Shown here one piece after another: positions 1 to 11,710 of a stretch of DNA of 64,000 nt. Each line of letters starts with the position of its first letter. Position 1 is the stretch's first letter. The DNA comes from Octopus vulgaris (Eukaryota): positions 121,210,001-121,274,000 of the forward strand of contig OX597818.1 of assembly GCA_951406725.2 (NCBI GenBank). The letters run 5' to 3'. The translations under genes were made by a program, and so were the position numbers. Below the pieces are notes generated by a model that had not been told where the DNA came from, searched no databases, and was given only the letters and a program-made list of their open reading frames with translations.

Positions 1-287
1 GACATTGTAAGGTGATGTGAGAGGCCAGATTGAGCATAAGAGGTAAAATATTTGGGACACATATGGTTGGTTTAAATGCTAAAGGGTTACAGTAAAGTTT
101 TAATTCATGTCACATGAAATCAGGAACCTCTCATGAGGATTAGTATACAATTATCCAATATATCTTTACCTTTTTAAGACAACAGGTATGGACTATTATT
201 TCTGCTGAGCTTTACCATTGAAAAGAATGACGGTGTTTACTTTGTCGAAAGGTTAGGCAACAACTAACAATCTGATTTATTTTTCAG

Positions 288-492
288 GAGAGCCTTTAAA
301 AAGTGGGAAAAGAACAAAAACCTCATAATTCTTGGAAGTCATTCAAGTAAGAGGTTACCAATTTTTTCCTTCATTGTAAAACATGAAGATGGCAAAAAAC
401 TTCTGCATCATAACTTTGTGTCTGCTGTTCTCAATGATATGTATGGTATCCAAGCTCGAGGAGGCTGTGCATGTGCAGGACCTTATGCAATA
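288..492 (+). CDS. Cysteine desulfurase-like / aminotransferase class V gene, first exon visible in window (gene starts upstream)
   Basis: ttttcag acceptor and gtatgt donor. Translates RAFKKWEKNKNLIILGSHSSKRLPIFSFIVKHEDGKKLLHHNFVSAVLNDMYGIQARGGCACAGPYAI, containing the LND.yGIQaRGGCxCAGPY motif of this family. Confidence 0.9.
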
Positions 493-664
493 GTATGTTC
501 TTCATATTCACTTCAATCAATGTTATACAGTTTATATTTACTTGGCAAGAGGTCACACCTATGACCATAAGAAATCTAGCTGTGATTCTTTTCTTTGTTT
601 TTCATCTATAGAACTACAATATCCAATTTTACTATTTTTCTTAATTTTAAGATAGTAATTGGCA

Positions 665-1081
665 TCTGTGCTAGTGGAGTACTAAGAGTACCATACAAGT
701 GAGATCGTTGCCAGAGCAACAAGCTGGCCTCTGTGCCGATGGCACATTAAAAACACCATTTGTGCTGGTGGCATGTGAAAAAAAAAAACATTCGAGCAAG
801 GTTGTTGCCAGTGCCGCTGGACTGGCTCCTGTGCAGGTGGCACATAAAAAGCACCATTTGAGCATGGCCGTTGCCAGTACCACCTAACTGGCCCTTGTGC
901 CAGTGGCACATAAAAGCACCCACTACACTCTTGGAGTGATTAGCGTTAGGAAGGGCATCCAGCTGTAGAAACTCTGCCAGATCAGATTGGAGTCTGGTGC
1001 AGCCATATGGTTCGCCAGTCCTCAGTCAAATCATCCAACCCATGCTAGCACGGAAAGTGGACGTTAAACTATGATGATGAT
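665..1081 (+). mobile_element. SINE-like repeat, family E (GGCGTTAGGAAGGGCATCC core, (GAT)n tail)
   Basis: Internal ccagtgccggtggcacgtaaaaagcacc repeats; homologous to 9710-10034 and 15563-15870. Confidence 0.75.
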
Positions 1082-1611
1082 AACCAAATTATTTTCAAAT
1101 CACATTTAACTATCAGGTTGCAGAACCTTGTGGAGAAAATTTGTTGGGCTCAGTTCTGTGATTATTTAATGATGACTGTCCAGGGCTTATAACAAAAGAT
1201 GTTTGCCTGAGATATCATGCAGTACGACTGGACCTGAAACCTATTATTACACACTTCACTTTTCACCAATCCTGCATTTCACCCAATTGTCCATTTTATG
1301 TACACACATTCATACACATCACCACCATGGGCATAGTTATCAAGAGAAAGTTTCTGCTATCTAATTCAAAGCCAATGGTCCTGATAGTGTTCCCTCAATT
1401 TCACTGAGTAGTAGCAGGCTTGGTGGAATACCAAGTAGTAGAGGACTTCTATCCCCAGCTAAGACGACTGTCGGAACCTTGGGTTCCATAAGTGAAGCTC
1501 ACTTTGTTGCAAGTCAGAGGCTAGGTGTTTGCCTTGAGGGTAACTTCCTCTCTTCTATCAACTCCAGAAACCCTGAAATATAAAATCATAGCTGTACCTT
1601 GAAATCAAGAG

Positions 1612-2454
1612 GACAGATCCTGTTGTCTACAGCTCTTTCCTGCAATCAGACCTGGACACAATGCAGCAATGGATCACAGACTGGCAACTGAAACTGGCTG
1701 TGGACAAGTGTACCACCATGCATTTTGGGAGAAAAAACCCTGCGTCCACATACTCCCTCCACAACACTGATATCAAGAAATCCTCTTGCGAGCGTGACCT
1801 AGGCATCACTGTCAGCAGTGATTTGCATTGGACAAAGCATATCTCTAAAATTGTCAAGAAGGCCGAGGGTGTCTTGGCATCACTCAGCAAGACTTTTGTT
1901 AGCCGCTCTCCAGCCATCTATTTAAAACTGTATACAGCTATGGTACGACCACACTTGGAATTCGCATCATCAGTTTGGAACCCCTATCTTGCACAGAACA
2001 TTGACCTCCTGGAATCTGTTCAGAGACGTGCAACCAAACGCATACCCTCCATCAGACACCTACCATACTCTGAGTGCCTTGTTTCCCTGGGCATGGATTC
2101 ACTGAAGCTCCGGCATCTGGCGATGGACTTGGTAAACACCCACAAAGTTATCAACCACCTCACCAACAACAACACTGAACACCTTTTTGATCTTCATGTG
2201 TCTAACACACATGGACATACCTACAAAGTCAGAAAACAACACAGCTCCCATGACTTTCGGAAACATTTTTTCACGCTCAGAGTTGCTGAAGCATGGAACA
2301 AACTGCCTGCATCAGTTGTTGACTGCCATGACACTGCATCCTTTAAGGCCCTCATGCTTTCCAAAATCCGCCGAAACTACACCTGATTATACATACATTT
2401 TAGATGAGTTGTAGTGCACCTGAGCACTGTACACAATGTTTTTATTATTAGTAC

Positions 2455-2497
<43 letters not shown>

Positions 2498-2500
2498 ATA
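1612..2500 (+). mobile_element. 5'-truncated CR1-group LINE (RT C-terminus, ORF 1661-2386) with (TTA)n tail
   Basis: ERDLGI, MVRPHLEFASSVWNPY, LESVQRRATK and FFTLRVAEAWNKLP motifs. Confidence 0.85.
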
Positions 2501-3148
2501 CCGGTCCACCCTTAAATCCTCATTGTTGTCAATGACACCCTGTTCTTTGTTGGTAGCGGTTTGTCAGTCTCATGACATTACTAGATTTTAGATGTCAGTC
2601 TTTAGATCATTCACTTTTTTAAAAATTACAATTGGCAATTTGTTGTTCTTAAGAAGACATCTGTTTAACAAAACAGATGAGGCTCTAAAAGCCTATTCTT
2701 TATATTTGTCTATGCCCCTGCATATAATCTGTCCCTGACAAATCTCTCTAAACATCCACCTCTCCCACAGCTCCCCTTTAACACTGGACCCATCTAGTCA
2801 TAGAAACCACGCTAAAACAGTCTTTTGGTTTGCCAGCTCCTTTGGGACCATCCAACTCATGCCAACATGGACAACATGAGATAAGGGTCTGGTATAATGA
2901 CTTCATATTTCAGGGTCTCTGGAGTTGATAGAAGAAAGGAAGTTATCCTCAAGGCAAACACCTAGCCTCTGGCTTGCAACAAAGTGAGCTTCGCTTAAGG
3001 AACCCAAGGTTCCGACTGTAGTATTAGACTGGGAATAGAAGTCCTCTACTACTTGGTATTCCACTAAGCCTGCTATTACTCAGTGGAATTGAGGGGACAC
3101 TATCAGGACCATTGGCTTTGAATTAGATAGCAGAAATGTTCTCTTGAT

Positions 3149-3383
3149 TAAGGCGGCAAGCTGGCAGAAACGTTAGCACGCTGGGCGAAATGCTTAGCAG
3201 TATTTCGTCTGCCGTTACATTCTGAGTTCAAATTCCGCCGAGGTCGACTTTGCCTTTCATCCTTTTGGGGTCGATAAATTAAGTACCAGTTGTGCACTGG
3301 GGTCGATGTGATTGACTTAATCCGTTTGTCTGTCCTTGTTTGTCCTCTCTGTGTTTAGCCTCTTGTGGGTAGTAAAGAAATAA
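3149..3383 (+). mobile_element. SINE family A (tRNA-like head, GCCTTTCATCCTTTCGGGGTCGAT core resembling the Deu/Nin domain)
   Basis: Many copies in the window; TSD agaaatgttctcttgat / agaaactttctcttgat. Confidence 0.85.
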
Positions 3384-3708
3384 GAAACTTTCTCTTGATA
3401 ACTATGCCCATGGTGGTGATGTGTATACATGTGTGTACATAAAATGGACAAACAGGTGAAATGCAGGACAGGTGAAAAGTGAAGTTTGTAATTGTTGATG
3501 ATTAGTCAAAGCAATGTTATAGTTCTCTCTCTGTTAGCTGGACATTGCTTTTCTTTCTTTCCTTTTCTATTAATTAAATTCTAATGCAGTCAGCATCTTC
3601 ACACTTGCCATACTCTAGGCTCTCCTTACACGGCTGTTTTTCTCCTACCAATACTTTCCTTGGTCCTCGCATATTAAAAACACTCATTTAACTGAAAACA
3701 ATATTGTT

Positions 3709-4007
3709 TTGCAGCGTGGAAGGAGTTTATAAGCCAGTTAAGAAACGCACAAAAACCGTTAGATTCACTTCAATATTTAAATTTAATTTGTCAAAATATT
3801 TTCGTCGCTTCGAGACTGCGAACTGTTCACTGACAAAACATTGTGACGAAAATATTTTGACAAATTAAATTTAAATATTGAAGTGAATCTAACGGTTTTT
3901 GTGCATTTCTTAAATGGCTTATAAACACCTTCCACACTGCAATTGTTTTCATTCCAGCACACGATCTCAGAACAAGTCACTCGCTATGCAAGTACATCTC
4001 CGTAATA
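3709..4007. mobile_element. Foldback Penelope-like terminal repeat carrying a minimal hammerhead (3787-3837, - strand)
   Basis: ~100 bp near-perfect inverted arms; same family as 61366-61698. Confidence 0.7.
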
Positions 4008-4069
4008 TTGTTTTGGTATATATAAAAAAAAATAAATTCATAAAATTCTCATTTTTGTTCATATTTCAG

Positions 4070-4137
4070 GATCTTCTAGGGATTTCTGAAGAGCTTTTTG
4101 CAAAATTTTCCTGGTTTTTAAAGGATCATGAGGGTTT
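4070..4137 (+). CDS. Desulfurase-like gene, exon 2
   Basis: tttcag acceptor, gtaagt donor; DLLGISEELFAKFSWFLKDHEG(L); phase 0 to 2 fits both neighbours. Confidence 0.85.
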
Positions 4138-4313
4138 GTAAGTAATATTTTATTATTAGAACTACATGACTAACAAATGGAAGACCTGTTGCTCTGCATC
4201 AATAGATACAGGTCTTTTAGATTTGTCAGGTATCACCTTGGGGTTGAATATCATTTCTAAGGGCTACGATTATTACTAATTTACTGTAAGAGGTTTCTTA
4301 TATTGTGGAGGTA

Positions 4314-4721
4314 TACTCTTTACTCTTTTACTTGTTTCAGTCATTTGACTGTGGCCATGCTGGAGCACCACCTTTAGTCGAGCACATCAACCCCAGGACT
4401 TATTCTTCGTAAGCTTAGTACTTATTCTATCAGTCTCTTTTGCTGAACCGCTAAGTTACGAGAACGTAAACACACCACCATCGGTTGTCAAGCGATGTTG
4501 GGGGGACAAACACAGACACGCAAACATACACACACACACACACACACATACATATATACGATGGGCTTCTTTCAGTGTCAGTCTACCAAATCCACTCACA
4601 AGGCTTTGGTCGGCCTGAGGCTATGGTAGACGACACTTGCCCAAGGTGCCATGCAGTGGAAATGAACCTGGAACCATGTGGTTGGTAAACAAGCTACTTA
4701 CCACACAGCCACTCCTACACC
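4314..4721 (-). mobile_element. SINE family B (CORE-like: ggagtggctgtgtggtaag...ggcaccttgggcaagtgtc)
   Basis: Homologous to 8031-8441, 18775-19184, 41175-41580, 44792-45205 and others. Confidence 0.85.
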
Positions 4722-5118
4722 TATTAGATAAAAATTCAGTTTTAGCTGTTTTCATTTCTATAGACAAGACAACAAATCACTGATGGAAAATTCTAGCTGT
4801 CAATGTCTGTGTATACAACAATTTTATTGTATTTTACTTTTTCATAATTGGGATACCTGTAAGATCCTTTTGGTTCAGTAAATTGTCCATCACCATCAAT
4901 AATGTTTATCTGATGGATCCCCAACATGGAGTAACATAGGACTGACCATGAGGGAACATGTTAGGGAGAAAGATGGGGATAAAAGCAATGGAGGATAGAC
5001 AGACTAACAGACAGAAAACATGGCATTTTTATCAAGGAGGAAAATGAATATTTGTTGAGAAATTTAAAGAAGGGACATTCATAATTTTCTTTCTATTTTT
5101 GTAATAAACTTACTTTAA

Positions 5119-5562
5119 CCCTTTCGTTACCAGCCTGGCCGAAACCGGCTCTGGTTCTGTAGTACAAATGTCTTGTTTTCATAAGTTTTGAATTAAAATC
5201 TTCCACCAGACCTTAGTCACAATTTATGTTCCTAACACTAGTTGAATGCTAACTAAGTTATTTTACTAAATTCTTTGTTATATTTAAAATTAATTGAAAG
5301 AAACACGGAGCATCTTAACAGAAACATGGTAACAAAAGGGTCAACAAATGATTAATTTAACCCTTTCAATATCCACCTGCCTCTGGCTCTGTAGTACAAA
5401 TGACTTGTTTTCATGAATTGTTTTCCCCCCAAACTTAGTCACAATTTATGTTCCTAACATTAGCTTAGTGATAACTAAGTTATTTTACTAAATTCTTCGT
5501 TATATTTAAAATCAATTGAAAGAAACACAGAGTATCTCAACAGAAATATGGTAACAAAAGGG
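5119..5562. mobile_element. Two tandem piggyBac-like MITEs (5119-5340, 5361-5562)
   Basis: TTAA-CCCTTT...AAAGGG-TTAA/TCAA termini; the two copies are mutually homologous. Confidence 0.75.
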
Positions 5563-5880
5563 TTAAAAGCAATATTTTGAATCGCCCCCTGTTAACATTT
5601 TAATTCTGATCACAGTTATCATGATTTAACATCCATGACCTATGCTGGCATGAATCAGACTGTTTGACAAGATTTGATATTCTTTGATATGATTTCTACA
5701 GTTGGATGACCTTCCTAATGCCAGCCAGTGTGTACTAGGTGCTTTTTTTTACCAGCCATGAGCATCCCAGAAGTTGCTAAGTGGCTCACAAGGCTATGAA
5801 TCTTGAGAAGGGTGGGCAGCTTTATGCTAGGGCTTGAGGAATTAAAACATGAGAGAAAGAGACAGAGTACATTTCTTATA

Positions 5881-6075
5881 GAAAAGCTATAAGACTACTC
5901 ACAAGACTCCAAGGCTACTCACAAGACTCCAAGGCTACTCACAAGACTCCAAGGCTACTCACAAGACTCCAAGGCTACTCACAAGACTACTCACAAGACT
6001 ACAAGGCTACTCACAAGACTACAAGGCTACTCACAAGACTATAAGACTTATAGAAAAGCTATAAGGTTACTCATA
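5881..6075. repeat. 20-bp minisatellite (aaggctactcacaagactcc)
   Basis: About 8 tandem, partly degenerate copies visible. Confidence 0.9.
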
Positions 6076-6298
6076 AGTGGGTGAGAATGATCAGGTGGAG
6101 GTGCCAAAAAGATAGTGGTGTCAAAGGATCCTAGTGGACCCTCAAGTTATGAAATGTGCTGAAGTGGGTAAGGACTGACAAACTAGGACTGTGCATGGGT
6201 GGGACATTGAAGGAGTAAATGGCAGGTAGCAAGAGATGGTGGAATTAAAGGGAAGAGGATGTAAGCTACAACTGGGTTTGGTTAACGATGTAGAATTT

Positions 6299-6914
6299 AA
6301 GGTGGCGAGCTGGCAGAATTGTTAACATGCCGGCTGAAATGCTTAGCTGTATTTCTTCTGCCGCTACATTCTAAGTTCAAATTCCGTCAAGGTCGACTTT
6401 GCCTTTCATCCTTTCGGGGTCGATTAAATAAGTACCAGTTACGCACTGGGGTCGATATAATCGGCTTAATCCGTTTGTCTGTCTTTGTTTGTTCCCTCTG
6501 TGTTTAACCCCTTGTGGGTAATAAAGAAATGAAATGTAGAATTTAACAATAAATAGAAGTAAAAAAAACCCAAAAAGAACGAATTTATCTGACAAACAAT
6601 ATTTTAAAATCGAGAACTTCATTTTCCCTTCATAAACTGTTTTTATTTAATCCATAATTCTATGAAATAATTTTCAAATTGAAATCAAGATTTTTTTTTA
6701 ACAACATAGGAGTGGTTGTGTGGTAGGTAGCTTGCTTACCAACCACATGGTTCCGGGTTCAGTACCACTGCGTGGCACCTTGGGCAAGTGTCTTCTACTA
6801 TAGCCTCGGGACCGAAGCCTTAATCGACTTAATCCGTTTGTCTGTCCTTGTTTGTTCCCTCTGTGTGTAAACCCCTTGTGGGCAATAAAGAAATAAAATG
6901 TAGAATTTAACAAT
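6299..6914 (+). mobile_element. SINE A with duplicated tail enclosing a copy of the 7885-8145 region
   Basis: TSD atgtagaatttaa appears three times; the tail is repeated at 6821-6895. Confidence 0.7.
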
Positions 6915-7049
6915 GCAGAGAAACAACTAAAGACTAAATTTAGGTGTTTTTAGTAATTGCCATTTTTATATCATTAATGAAAATGTATGAGGCTAATTTA
7001 GTTGAAATAAACTTTTTTATATATTTATTTTAAAAAATTTTTATTTCAG

Positions 7050-7097
7050 AGAAACAGGATGCAAAAAATGTGAAACAACAACCCTAGAAATTATGAG
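7050..7097 (+). CDS. Desulfurase-like gene, exon 3 (48 nt, phase 2-2)
   Basis: tttcag acceptor, gtaaga donor; (L)ETGCKKCETTTLEIM(R), giving EIMRPGFVR across the junction with exon 4. Confidence 0.8.
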
Positions 7098-7285
7098 GTA
7101 AGAAAAATATTTTTCTTGTACCATTTGTGAATTTTAGCTGTGTTCATTAGGAGAATGTATTTCCTTGATTATGTGACCTGGGTTCTTTTTGTGTGTGTGT
7201 GTGCATGTGTGCGTAAAATGGACAAACTGGAAAAGTGCAAGATTGAAAAGTGGTGTAATTGTTGTCGAGTTTAGTCAAAGAAATG

Positions 7286-7365
<80 letters not shown>

Positions 7366-8030
7366 TGGACATTGAAGTGCCAGAGGGTCCGGGAAGACAA
7401 AAGTCGTATAGGAGAATTATTTAGGGCTGGTTTTCTGGTTTAGGCTGTTATCCGAATCTCTGCTCTTATTGACAACAAAATGTACTGCAATATTTGCTGC
7501 CCAACGGTTGACTGCAGAGCAAATGAGACAAAGGATCTTGTAAAGAAAGGTAATACAGATCGTAGGATACCGCTAGGCAACTCGAGACGGATCCAATCAT
7601 TGCCGTTCGTAAAGAGTGCCGCACGCACGCAATCGTAATAGATACTTGGTCTAAGGGAGGTAACTAGTCTATGCAATGTTTTGATTTCCACGGTACTGGG
7701 TTAGCAAATGAATTCGTTCCTTTTTTAACCCTTCTTGGTACTCCATCGCCAAAACGAGTAGAATTTATTCAAATTTCAAAAGCGATAAACAAAGGTTATA
7801 GAGGACGAATACAGGAAAAAAAAGCTACAAAGCACTACGATAAAAATATTTTTCGTATTAATTCAATTAACTTGGGAAGGGTGTAAAAAAACCCCAAAAA
7901 GAACGAATTTATCTGACAAACAATATTTTAAAATCGAGAACTTCATTTTTCCTCCATAAACTGTTTTCATTTAATCCATAATTCTATGAAATAATTTTCA
8001 AATTGAAATCAAGATTTTCTTTTTAACAAC

Positions 8031-8186
8031 ATAGGAGTGGCTGTGTGGTAGGTAGCTTGCTTACCAACCACATGGTTCCGGGTTCAGTCCCACTGCGTGG
8101 CACCTTGGGCAAGTGTCTTCTACTATAGCCTTGGGACCGAAGCCTTGTGAGTTGATTTGGTAGACGGAAACTGAAAGAAGCCAATC

Positions 8187-8250
<64 letters not shown>

Positions 8251-8441
8251 ATGTGTTTGTGCATCTGTGTTCGTCCCCACAACATCGCTTGACAACTGAT
8301 GCTGGTGTGCTTATGTCTCCGTAACTTAGCGATAGAATAAGTAGTAGGCTTACAAAGAATAAGTCCTAGGGTCGATTTGCTCGACTAAAAATGCGGTGCT
8401 CCAGCATGGCCACAGTCAAATGACTGAATCAAGTAAGAGTA
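8031..8441 (+). mobile_element. SINE family B
   Basis: Full head, internal (GT)/(TA) microsatellite, tail ending caagtaagagt. Confidence 0.85.
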
Positions 8442-8735
8442 ATATAAACGTCTGAGATATTTCAGTCTTTCAGCTATTTTTTCAAAGAATTTACATGTCA
8501 AGTGAAAAAACGTTTTTTGCAAACATTAAAATTTTTTTTGGGATATACGCAATGACTTGCATATTCTTTATAAGTTTTTATAGATTTGAACACAAATATT
8601 CTAATCACTATTGTTTGCCATTGTAATATAAGGACATTGTAATGGAGTATAAACCTAAAATGTGCACTCTCTGGTTACTTTTCACCTGTCTTTGTATCCT
8701 AAACTCTGCAATATTTACATTTACAATCAAGAATT

Positions 8736-9326
8736 AAGGTGGCGAGCTTGTAGAATTGTTAGCATGCCGGGTGAAATACTTAACGGTATTTTGTCTGCCG
8801 CTACGTTCTGAGTTCAAATTCCGCCGAGGTCAACTTTGCCTTTCATCCTTTTGGGGTCGATTAAATAAGTACCAGTTACGCACTGGAGTCGATATAATCA
8901 ACTTAATCCGTTTGTTTGTCCTCTCTGTGTCTAGCCCCTTGTGGGTAGTAAAGAAATAGGTATTTCGTCTGCCGCTACGTTCTGAGTTCAAATCCCGCCG
9001 AGGTCGACTTTGCCTTTCATCCTTTCGGGGTCGATTCAATAAGTACCAGTTATGTACTGGAGTCAATGTAATCAACTTAATCCGTTTGTCTGTCCTTGTT
9101 TGTCCCTTCTGTGTTTAGCCCCTTATGGATTGTAAAGAAATAAGGTATTTCGTCTGCCACTACATTCTGAGTTCAAATTCTGCCGAGGTCGACTTTGCCT
9201 TTCATCCTTTCGGAGTCGATTAAATAAGTACCAGTTATGCACTGGGATTGATACAATCCACTTAATCCGTTTGCCTGTCCTTGTTTGTCCCCTCTATGTT
9301 TAGCCCCCTGTGGGCAATAAAGAATT
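8736..9326 (+). mobile_element. SINE A head-to-tail trimer
   Basis: Three ~190-220 bp units joined at aaagaaata|ggtatttcgtctgcc; flanking TSD tacatttacaatcaa. Confidence 0.85.
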
Positions 9327-9437
9327 AAATATCTACATTTACAATCAATACATAGAAATATTATTGGTTTCAAACAAAAATTTGTTACTTTTGAAAGCAT
9401 TTATGTACTTTTGATTTTACTCTTATTTTCCCAACAG

Positions 9438-9549
9438 ACCAGGATTTGTGCGGTTAAATCTGCCCTATTTTTATGATGACCAGACGATTGATTACATCAT
9501 CGATGCTGTGGATACAGTGGCAACACATGCCTGGAAATTTCTGCCATAT
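9438..9549 (+). CDS. Desulfurase-like gene, exon 4
   Basis: caacag acceptor, gtaagt donor; (R)PGFVRLNLPYFYDDQTIDYIIDAVDTVATHAWKFLPY, the typical RPGF.R / W.fLP.Y C-terminal motif. Confidence 0.9.
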
Positions 9550-9709
9550 GTAAGTTAAAATTGATATTGTAATACTGTGGACAATAGTGTCAGTGTAAAG
9601 TTTAGTGAGGCATTTACTTTGCAAAGATCTATAGATGGAATTGTGATCTAGAATGTCAGGGTTACCATCTAATATCGAAATCGCTAAAAAATCAATGGAA
9701 ATTTTAGTT

Positions 9710-10034
9710 GTGATACCAGTGCCGGTGGCACGTAAAAGAACCATCCAAATGTAGCTGTTGCCAGTGCTGCCCCGACTGGCCTCCATGCCGGTGGCACGTA
9801 AAAAGCACCAACTGATCGTGGCCGTTGCCAGCCTCGCATGGCACCTGTGCCAGTGGCATGTAAAAAGCACCCACTACTCTCATGGAGTGGTTGGTGTTAG
9901 GAAGGGCATCCAGCTGTAGAAACACTGCCAGATCAGACTGGGCCTGGTGCAGCCTCCTGGCTTCCCAGACCCCAGTCGAACCGTCCAACCCATGCTAGCA
10001 TGGAAAGCAGATGTTAAACGATGATGATGATGAT
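9710..10034 (+). mobile_element. SINE-like family E
   Basis: Same core and (GAT)n tail as 665-1081. Confidence 0.75.
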
Positions 10035-10193
10035 TCAGAAGGCTGCAATGTGCTAGTGAGGGAAAAGAGACACAACCAAGTTGAATGTTTAAGAGATGAT
10101 TTATTGATAACATGTGTCTATGTGTGCATCCTGTATACAGAACAATAGACAGGTCGTCTTGAGAACAGCATGTGTATAGGTATCTATGTATGA

Positions 10194-10428
10194 AAGGCGG
10201 TGAGCTGGCAGAAACCTTAGCACACCGGGCGAAATACGTAGCCGTATTTCATCTGCTGTTACGTTCTGAGTTCAAATTCCGCCAATGTCGACTTTGCCTT
10301 TCATCTTTTCGGGGTCGATAAATAAAGTACCAATTACGCACTGGGGTCGATGTAATCGACTTAATCTGTTTGCTTGTCCTTGTTTGTCCCCTCTATGTTT
10401 AGCCCCCTGTGGGCAATAAAGAAATAGG
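10194..10428 (+). mobile_element. SINE family A
   Basis: Full-length; TSD ataggtat(c/g)tatgtatg. Confidence 0.85.
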
Positions 10429-11281
10429 TATGTATGTATGCATGTGCATTAAATACATATAAGAATAGCAATAAAGAAGACAGTCTATGAGAAGTTAAAA
10501 TGTTCATAGACGCAAGAAATGGGAGTATGGGTTTGTAGTCAATTATACATGGTAATTGAAATACTGTGTCAAGAGGCTGCGGTGATGATGTTGAGCCAAT
10601 TGCAGTATGTATCATACGAAGTTGTGGTTGTAATGCTGCTACCTGGGTCACTTGTACAGAAGTTCTCGCAGGATGTATATTCGCTGTTAACCATTGTGAA
10701 ATAATTCAGAAACATTGCCAAGTTGGAACCTGTGTAGTGTTGCTTGAGCTGTGTATGTAGAGATGATGTTGATGACATGATGATGGTGGCGATGAAGAAA
10801 GAAATTGCCGTAATGGCATAAATTTTGCACATGTTGAGATCTTCAGAAATGTTACTCTGGAGCATACTTTCGAGTGTATGATAAAGGAAACCAAAGTCTG
10901 TTATAGATTGAGGCTAATCAAGAGAAATTGTAAAAAAAAAAAAAACATGTCAAATAATATTTTGACAACTTGCTGCAGTTTCAGCAATATTTCCTTTAAC
11001 TATTTTCCTGTTTTTGTGCCACTGGAAAAGTGAAAAAATCAATCAATTAATAATTATTTCCCCAACGAATTGACTAAATGTCATAAACTGCTATACCGAG
11101 AAGTAAATTCATCACTGCTAAACTGCATTAAAATTAATTTGCACAGTATCATTATTTGGGATGAGAACTGGATATCATTTGACAATAATAAATGCTCCAG
11201 GCAATGATAAAAATGTAGACAAGTTTTCAAGCATGAGTGATCATAACACTGTTTGCCTCAAGAATATCTTGAGTGCACTAA

Positions 11282-11474
11282 CTTTGATCTTAGTTTTCGA
11301 CTTCGATCTTAGTCATCGACTTCGATCTTAGTCGTCGACTTCGATCTTAGTCGTCGACTTCAATCTTAGTCGTCGACTTCGACCTTGGTCGTTGACTTCG
11401 ATCTTGGTCGTCGACTTCGATCTTGGTCGTCGACTTCGACCTTGGTCGTCGACTTCGATCTTTGTCGTCGACTT
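11282..11474. repeat. 19-bp minisatellite (tcttagtcgtcgacttcga)
   Basis: About 10 tandem copies with a gtcgac core. Confidence 0.9.
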
Positions 11475-11551
11475 CTTGCTGTCTGATAATATCATAAATA
11501 CATTATAAAGCTAATTTTGATGTTTTTTTTTCTTTTCTCGCTTCTTCACAG

Positions 11552-11710
11552 TATAACTGCAATGCTCATAAAGGTTCTTGGACCCATGAAAAATTTTCCA
11601 GTCACTTTGGTGAAGCTTTTTTTAATCTTGAAGATATTGCATATGAATATGGAACTTTTGTGAACAAAAACAAATATCCAACATCTTTAGATATTAATTA
11701 TGATTTAAAG
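11552..11710 (+). CDS. Desulfurase-like gene, exon 5
   Basis: Polypyrimidine tract plus cacag acceptor, gtaatt donor; YNCNAHKGSWTHEKFSSHFGEAFFNLEDIAYEYGTFVNKNKYPTSLDINYDLK; phase 0-0. Confidence 0.85.

Larger units (their letters stand above)
1246..3492. repeat. Pair of ~350 bp inverted repeats (1246-1590 and 2896-3492) in intron 1
   Basis: For example gggcatagttatcaagagaaag versus ctttctcttgataactatgccc. The right arm is interrupted by a SINE at 3149-3383. Confidence 0.85.

Noticed and set aside
10361-10894. Overlapping 60-98 aa ORFs in intron 4
   Set aside because: No recognisable motif or splice context; likely decayed repeat.
11282-11474. CRISPR-like short palindromic repeats
   Set aside because: No spacers, no cas genes, eukaryotic intron.
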